From positions 160,001-224,000 of the forward strand of contig CAVOXA010000001.1 in the NCBI GenBank assembly GCA_963700285.1: 64,000 bases of DNA. The letters are read 5' to 3'. The DNA comes from an uncultured Chloroflexia bacterium (GTDB taxonomy: Bacteria; Chloroflexota; Anaerolineae; JAAYZQ01). Under the pieces are notes generated by a model. That model made no database searches, had not been told where the DNA came from, and saw only the letters and a program-made list of their open reading frames with translations. The position numbers were made by a program, and so were the translations under genes. Position 1 is the first letter of the stretch. The number at the start of each line of letters is the position of its first letter. Positions 58,615 to 64,000 of the stretch are shown here, piece by piece.

Positions 58615-59538
58615 ATGGCAGAACCAGCCAAGGCTGTCACCAGGATTGGGCCCAGCAGCATTACCGACGGTGGCGAGGTCAGAGAGAGGAGCAAGTGGCT
58701 CTGGGTCCGCTATCTCTGGCTGGACAAGAAAGCGGTCATTGGCGTGGTAATCCTCACAGTTATGGTCCTCGCTGCCATCTTTGCCCCCATCGTCGCTCCT
58801 TATGACCCCAACGAGCAAACCGCCGATTTCCTTCTGCCCCCCTCCCTGGAGCACTATATGGGCACGGACGACCTGGGGCGCGACCTTTTCAGCCGCATCG
58901 TCTATGGCGCCCGGGTCTCGCTCTTTGTCGGCGTTTCGACCGTCCTGATCGCCGCGGTTATCGGCATCTCTATGGGGCTGGTGGCCGGGTATCGTGGCGG
59001 CTGGGTCGATAGCATCATCATGCGCTACATCGACCTGCAATGGGCCTTCCCCAACTTTATCATCGCCGTCTATCTGGTGGCGGTGTTTGGTACCGGGCTG
59101 CTGAACGTGGTCATTGCCATCAGCCTGGCATTCCTGGATGACTTTGCCCGCGTCGTGCGGGCCATGGTACTGACACTCCGCGAGCAGGAGTTTGTGCTAG
59201 CAGCGCGGGCCATCGGCGCCTCTGACGGCCGTATCCAGAGGCAGCACATTCTGCCCAACACCATGGCGCCGGTGATCGTGCAGGCGACCGTAAGCGTCTC
59301 CTACGCGATCCTGGCCGAGGCGGGGCTCTCCTTCCTGGGCCTGGGCGTGGAACCTTCCACGCCGACCTGGGGGTTGATCCTGAGCGATGCGCGCTCCTTC
59401 ATCTCCCGCGCCTGGTGGCTGGCCGTGTTCCCCGGTCTGGCCATCACCCTCACCGTCCTCAGCATCAATTTCGTCGGCGATGCCATGCGCGATATCCTGG
59501 ATGTACGCGATCAATCGAGGGAGGAGGCACCCCACTGA
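58615..59538 (+). CDS. ABC permease (DppC/OppC-like)
   Basis: GTDDLGRD, EFVLAARAIGA, HILPN, EAGLSFLGLG. Confidence 0.9.
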   Translation: MAEPAKAVTRIGPSSITDGGEVRERSKWLWVRYLWLDKKAVIGVVILTVMVLAAIFAPIVAPYDPNEQTADFLLPPSLEHYMGTDDLGRDLFSRIVYGARVSLFVGVSTVLIAAVIGISMGLVAGYRGGWVDSIIMRYIDLQWAFPNFIIAVYLVAVFGTGLLNVVIAISLAFLDDFARVVRAMVLTLREQEFVLAARAIGASDGRIQRQHILPNTMAPVIVQATVSVSYAILAEAGLSFLGLGVEPSTPTWGLILSDARSFISRAWWLAVFPGLAITLTVLSINFVGDAMRDILDVRDQSREEAPH

Positions 59539-60209
59539 TGGATCTTCATACTTTTTCTATTGCAGCCCGTAGCCCGGAAGAAGGCAGTTTTGGTGTGGCC
59601 GTCTCAACGGCCCGTCCCTGTGTGGGTACCCTCGTTCCTTTTGTCAGCCTCCAAGGCGCCATCGCCACCCAAGCCAGGGTGAACACCGATCTAGGCCGCC
59701 AAGGACTAGCGCTGCTGGCGGCGGACATTGGGATCGAAATGGCCCTGAGCACGTTATTGGAAGCTGATGAGGATCGGGACATCCGCCAGCTCCACGGCGT
59801 CGATGCTGAGAAGACCTTTGCCTTTACGGGCGAGCGCTGCGTCGAATGGGCAGGGCATCTGATTGGCGCAGACTATACGGTCGCGGGGAACATGCTGGCG
59901 GGTCCCCAGGTGATCGAGGCCATGGCCGCGACCTTTGAAGAAAGCCTTGGCCTGGAGCTGAGCGAGCGTCTTGTCAGGGCCCTGGAAGCCGGCCAGCAGG
60001 CAGGTGGCGACAAGCGCGGTAAACAGTCGGCGGCGCTCCTGGTCGCCAGCCCCGATCCCCGCGGGTACCACAACCTGCGCGTGGACGATCATGTAGAACC
60101 CGTGGCCGAACTGCGGCGCATCTACGACCTGGTAGTCGACCACTCGAAGCAGATTGAAAGAGAATATGGGCTAGAGGGCCTGAGGCTATTTAGCCGCATC
60201 AAGACCTGA
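59538..60209 (+). CDS. DUF1028 (Ntn-hydrolase-like) protein
   Basis: HTFSIAA, GAIATQA, VAGNML, GGDKRGKQSAAL, LRVDDH..PVAEL. Confidence 0.85.
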   Translation: MDLHTFSIAARSPEEGSFGVAVSTARPCVGTLVPFVSLQGAIATQARVNTDLGRQGLALLAADIGIEMALSTLLEADEDRDIRQLHGVDAEKTFAFTGERCVEWAGHLIGADYTVAGNMLAGPQVIEAMAATFEESLGLELSERLVRALEAGQQAGGDKRGKQSAALLVASPDPRGYHNLRVDDHVEPVAELRRIYDLVVDHSKQIEREYGLEGLRLFSRIKT

Positions 60210-60230
60210 GTCGAGTCCCCCATGAAACCC

Positions 60231-60258
60231 AAACGCCCCCTTGTCCAAGGGGGCATTT
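60231..60258. terminator. Bidirectional terminator
   Basis: AAACGCCCCCTTG-tc-CAAGGGGGCATTT. Confidence 0.7.
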
Positions 60259-60280
60259 GTCATGAATCAAGAAAGCAGGG

Positions 60281-61267
60281 TTATGTTACAGCCAACTCTG
60301 ATCCCAAGCCCATCGCCATGGCCTTTTCCAGAGCCAGTGAGGCGATAGCTGCGTCCTGTACCCCCACACCGGTCAGGTCACAGACGGTGATCTGGTCGTC
60401 GGACGTCCGCCCCGGCGCCCGGCCGATGATCAGGTCACCCAACTCTCCGGCCACGTCATCAAGATCGAGGATACCCGCCGCCACCGCGTGATGGATCTCA
60501 CCCAACCGTGAGCACTGGTTCAGCCGATCAGCAATGACAATGTCAGCCCGGGCCAGCACGGAGACATTGAGTTCCTGCTTGTCCGGTGCATCCGAGCCAA
60601 CGGCGTTGATGTGCACACCTCGCGACAACCACGCAGCTTCGATCAGCGGCTCGCGGCTGGGAGTCGTGGTGATCACCAGGCCGGCGTTGCGCAGGGCAAC
60701 CTCGACATCGGGGGCGACACCCACGTCTATGTCCAGTTCAGCCACCATCTCACGGGCGTAGGTCTCCGCATGCTCGCGATCCCGGCTCCACACGGCGACA
60801 CGACCCTCGAGCTGCCGGATATGGGCCACGGCCCGCAACTGGTAGCGGGCCTGCACCCCTGAGCCTATGATCGCCACCTTCTCTACCACTGGGTTGGCCA
60901 GGTAGTTGGCCGCCACCCCGCCGGCCGCCCCCGTGCGCAGGTCGGTCAGATAGCCATTCTCCAGCAGCAGCGCCGCGGGAAATCCTGTGGTCGCATCAAA
61001 GGCGATCATCAAGCCAGAACTGGTGGGCAGCCCTCGGGCCGGGTTCGCCCAAAAGCCCGAAGCTACTTTAAAGACAGCATAAGGGGCTCCCTGGAGATGG
61101 GCGCCCTTGACATGAAACTCCCCGTCGAATTCTGGGATCTCCAGTCCGATCACGTCGGGCAGCCGGGCCTCACCCCGGGCCAAAGCGGCAAACGCCTCTT
61201 CCACAACGGCCATCGCTTCAGGCATGGATACTGCTTGGCGGATCTCCTGTTCAGTCAAAACCAACAT
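60281..61267 (-). CDS. Ornithine cyclodeaminase/mu-crystallin family protein
   Basis: LTDLRTGAAG, IGSGVQA, HINAVGSD, DLTGVGVQD. Confidence 0.88.
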   Translation of the reverse strand: MLVLTEQEIRQAVSMPEAMAVVEEAFAALARGEARLPDVIGLEIPEFDGEFHVKGAHLQGAPYAVFKVASGFWANPARGLPTSSGLMIAFDATTGFPAALLLENGYLTDLRTGAAGGVAANYLANPVVEKVAIIGSGVQARYQLRAVAHIRQLEGRVAVWSRDREHAETYAREMVAELDIDVGVAPDVEVALRNAGLVITTTPSREPLIEAAWLSRGVHINAVGSDAPDKQELNVSVLARADIVIADRLNQCSRLGEIHHAVAAGILDLDDVAGELGDLIIGRAPGRTSDDQITVCDLTGVGVQDAAIASLALEKAMAMGLGSELAVT

Positions 61268-61333
61268 GGGCTATTCCCCCCTGTTTTCTCCACAGGCTCG
61301 CTGGCCACAGACTCAGACCTCGGACTGTTGTAT

Positions 61334-62269
61334 TTACTCAGGCAATAGATAGCGCTTGGCGATGCTGGCGCCCACCGTATAGTTGGGGTCGACCATGTTG
61401 CCCAGGCGTACCTTGCCGATCTGGGTCAGGAGCATGTACGCCTCCCACCGATCAAAGTCGTAGCTGTCGACCATCCAGTGCACCAGGTCGGCATAGGCGA
61501 TGCGGGCCGCATCTTCCATGGGGCGTGCGCTGCCAATGCTCATGATGAACTGCTCATTTTCGAGGCGCGGCCAGCTCAGCGTCCAACCCTTGACCAGATC
61601 GAGCGTCATGGTGGTCCTCATCGCGATCTCTATGGCCACCCCACACACCTCGCCGTCACCCTGGACGGCGTGCCCATCGCCCAGGTATAACAGTGCCCCC
61701 TCCGTGCGCACGGGCAGGTAAAGCGTGCACCCCGGGCCGACGTCGGGCAGATCCATGTTGCCCCCGTGGCTATCCGGTGTGAGGGAGTTGATGGAATCGA
61801 TCTCTGGCGCGGTGCCAATGGTACCGATAAAGGGTTCGTAGGGCAAGGTGATCCGCTCGCTCCACTCGACCCCCTCCTCTGTAACATTCACCTTGCGCAC
61901 AATCTCGGGGAGCGGATCCTGAAGGGTCGCCGTAGTGCCTGTGCTGGTCAGTCCGCCGAAATAGGGCACCAGACAGGTCGTCCCCCGGGGTTGCGACCCT
62001 ATGGGCTCGATGGCATGGATGTGGACCGCCAGAGCATCGCCCTTCTCCGCCCCTTCCACATAGATGGGGCCCATCTGCGGGTTGAGATAGGGAAACTCGA
62101 GCACAGCCGAGGACATGGTGTCCTTGGTGAGTATTTTCCCTTCAAAAGCGTCCTGAGTCTCGACGATGACCGTATCCCCTGGCCTGACGGACAGTACCGG
62201 TTGAGCGTAGGGGCCAATGGTATAGTGATACTTTTTCTGTTCAGCGTCGGTAAGCTGGTGTTCTGACAT
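61334..62269 (-). CDS. Acetamidase/formamidase family protein
   Basis: NPQMGPIYVEGA..GD, HGGNMD, GDGHAVQGDGE. Confidence 0.88.
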   Translation of the reverse strand: MSEHQLTDAEQKKYHYTIGPYAQPVLSVRPGDTVIVETQDAFEGKILTKDTMSSAVLEFPYLNPQMGPIYVEGAEKGDALAVHIHAIEPIGSQPRGTTCLVPYFGGLTSTGTTATLQDPLPEIVRKVNVTEEGVEWSERITLPYEPFIGTIGTAPEIDSINSLTPDSHGGNMDLPDVGPGCTLYLPVRTEGALLYLGDGHAVQGDGEVCGVAIEIAMRTTMTLDLVKGWTLSWPRLENEQFIMSIGSARPMEDAARIAYADLVHWMVDSYDFDRWEAYMLLTQIGKVRLGNMVDPNYTVGASIAKRYLLPE

Positions 62270-62294
62270 TCTTTTACCCCCTTGTCTCAGTTCT

Positions 62295-63044
62295 CTATCC
62301 ATCTATTGCAAAGATCCGCAGGGCATTGGAGCCCCACAGCTTTTGCTTCTGCAACTCGCTGAGATGGGCAAAGCGCACGCGGGCCATCTCAAATTCCTGG
62401 TCATAGACTGGGCTGCGGCTGGCAAAGAGCACCCGCCCCTCGCCTACTTCCGTGGTGATCTCTTCGACAAAGTCCTCGCGGTAGGTACCAGCCGTCTGGA
62501 TGACAACGTTGGGGCAGGCTTCGAGCATCTGCCTGGCCTCACGCTGCAGCATGCCGCTGATGTTGATCTGCCCCCCGTTGCAGGCCACGAACTGCAGGTC
62601 CGGGAAACGGGCAATGATATCTCGGACTTGAGTTGGGTGCGATAGCCGCAGATGACCGGCATTGATCACGACCGGCCTGCTGTAGCGACCGGCTGCCTCC
62701 AACACCGGCACCACGATGTCGTCATTGGCCTGAAAGTTCTCCTCCCAGGGGTCCAGGTACAGACCGCAGGCGCCAAGTTCTTCGAAACCCCGCCGTACTT
62801 CGGCGACCGCGGCATCGCCCTGCCACGGATCGACCCTGCACAGGCCCCAGAAGCGCTCAGGATGCTCCTGGACGCTTTTGCCCACAAGGTCGTTCGCAGG
62901 ACCGAGGTGGTACTCGGGTGGCCTGACGGGAGCCAGTACAGCCCTATCGATCTCCAACCGGTCCATGCTGGCCAGGATTTCGGCCTGCGACTGCCCATAG
63001 CCGAACAAGCATTGCCCCAGGTAGACCTGTGCATCGACGATCAT
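62295..63044 (-). CDS. Amidohydrolase_2-fold protein with degenerate metal ligands
   Basis: Colinear with the neighbouring gene, but DAQVY, LYLDP, INAG, CNGG, FASR. Confidence 0.75.
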   Translation of the reverse strand: MIVDAQVYLGQCLFGYGQSQAEILASMDRLEIDRAVLAPVRPPEYHLGPANDLVGKSVQEHPERFWGLCRVDPWQGDAAVAEVRRGFEELGACGLYLDPWEENFQANDDIVVPVLEAAGRYSRPVVINAGHLRLSHPTQVRDIIARFPDLQFVACNGGQINISGMLQREARQMLEACPNVVIQTAGTYREDFVEEITTEVGEGRVLFASRSPVYDQEFEMARVRFAHLSELQKQKLWGSNALRIFAIDG

Positions 63045-63787
63045 GGCTGATCCCCCTCTGTCGTCACGCCGTCCAGGATGGCCGCGATGTTGTCGTAGAA
63101 CAGCGCCTCCTGCTCCTCCGCAGTCAGACCAGCCATCCGGACCTTGTGGAGCTCGATGGTTGGGTCGCAGCCGGGACCATCGCTGGCATAGAGCACCCGA
63201 GAGGCCCCCACGCGCTCCACCGACTCCTTGATGAACTGAGGATAGGGCATGGCCGAGGTTTCAAGGACAATGTTGGGATACCGCTCTGCCACACGGAGCG
63301 CGTCGTTGGTATGAAAGTAGCCACCAGAATGCCCCAGGATGATGGTCGCCTCTGGGCAGGCCGCAGCCGCCTGGGCAATCTGAAGGGGCAGTGTCAATTC
63401 CTCATCGCCACAATGAAACAAGACGGGAGCATTGTACCGGACGGCCTGGCGAATCAGATCAAGGGTTTCCTGGCCTCCCGGATGGCACAGGTTGCCCACT
63501 GGGTGCAATTTCAGGCCCTTGAATCCATAGTCCTCCATCGCCTTTTCGAAAAGCCGGTGGGCGATCTCACCCCGGCGGGGATTGATGCGCGCATAAGCGA
63601 TCAACCGCTCAGGGTATTTCTGAACGGACTCGGCCATGTATTCGAGGGCCCCTTCCGAGTCGGGCGCATCCCGGTAGGTCATGATGATGCTCTTGTCGAT
63701 GCCGGCCTCGTCCATCAGGCGGAGGATAGTCTCTGGTGGATCGTACCAGCCAACCCGATCAACGTGCGTATGAGAATCGATGATCAT
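63041..63787 (-). CDS. Amidohydrolase_2 family metal-dependent hydrolase
   Basis: DSHTH, GLKLHP, FHCG, LGHSG, YASDGP. Confidence 0.88.
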   Translation of the reverse strand: MIIDSHTHVDRVGWYDPPETILRLMDEAGIDKSIIMTYRDAPDSEGALEYMAESVQKYPERLIAYARINPRRGEIAHRLFEKAMEDYGFKGLKLHPVGNLCHPGGQETLDLIRQAVRYNAPVLFHCGDEELTLPLQIAQAAAACPEATIILGHSGGYFHTNDALRVAERYPNIVLETSAMPYPQFIKESVERVGASRVLYASDGPGCDPTIELHKVRMAGLTAEEQEALFYDNIAAILDGVTTEGDQP

Positions 63788-64000
63788 CTCGGCACTCCTC
63801 TGTGGGAATGCATCCCACGCGGTCAAAGAGGCTCTCGCCGCTCGCCGGCGGGCCTCCAGGTACCAGGCCAAGCATAACTGTATCACGGGTTGCAACTGTT
63901 GTCAAGGCTGGCTGAGAACACTCGAAATTCCTGTTCGCTGCTCAGGCGGCGCGACGTGAGGCCGTCCAGGAACAGTCATGGTTTCCCTCGAGCTCAGATA

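Overview
64 kb of bacterial chromosome, most likely Chloroflexota/Anaerolineae-like. This is inferred from LysM-M23 proteins with a DLDGDG..ET motif, Pro/Thr-rich lipoprotein linkers and a large RpoB insertion. 1-23.5 kb is housekeeping: LysM/M23 proteins, plsC, iorAB, rho, gdhA, gatB, tRNA-Pro, a stand-alone rpoB, a radC operon and a pseudokinase. 23.6-29.8 kb is an M20 peptidase followed by sat/cysC interleaved with two AlkP-superfamily genes. 29.9-49.2 kb is a single-strand accessory island: a complete arginine deiminase pathway (two arcA, arcB, arcC, two transporters), ppk2, a P-type ATPase, a MalT-like STAND-LuxR regulator, several small uncharacterised proteins and gene remnants. Three promoters in it share an exactly phased T(G/A)CACC x3 / TA(T/G)CGC / -10 architecture, which is the strongest candidate for an undescribed regulon. 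49.3-54.2 kb has a CofC-like gene and a GlyA-GcvT'-GcvT fusion. 54.3-64 kb is an amide-catabolism cluster with an ABC peptide-type importer and an active plus degenerate amidohydrolase pair. Frameshifts at 23.6-29.8, 34.4-36.7 and 50.3-53.9 kb look like sequencing/assembly indels. All family calls come from motif recognition by eye; no searches were run.
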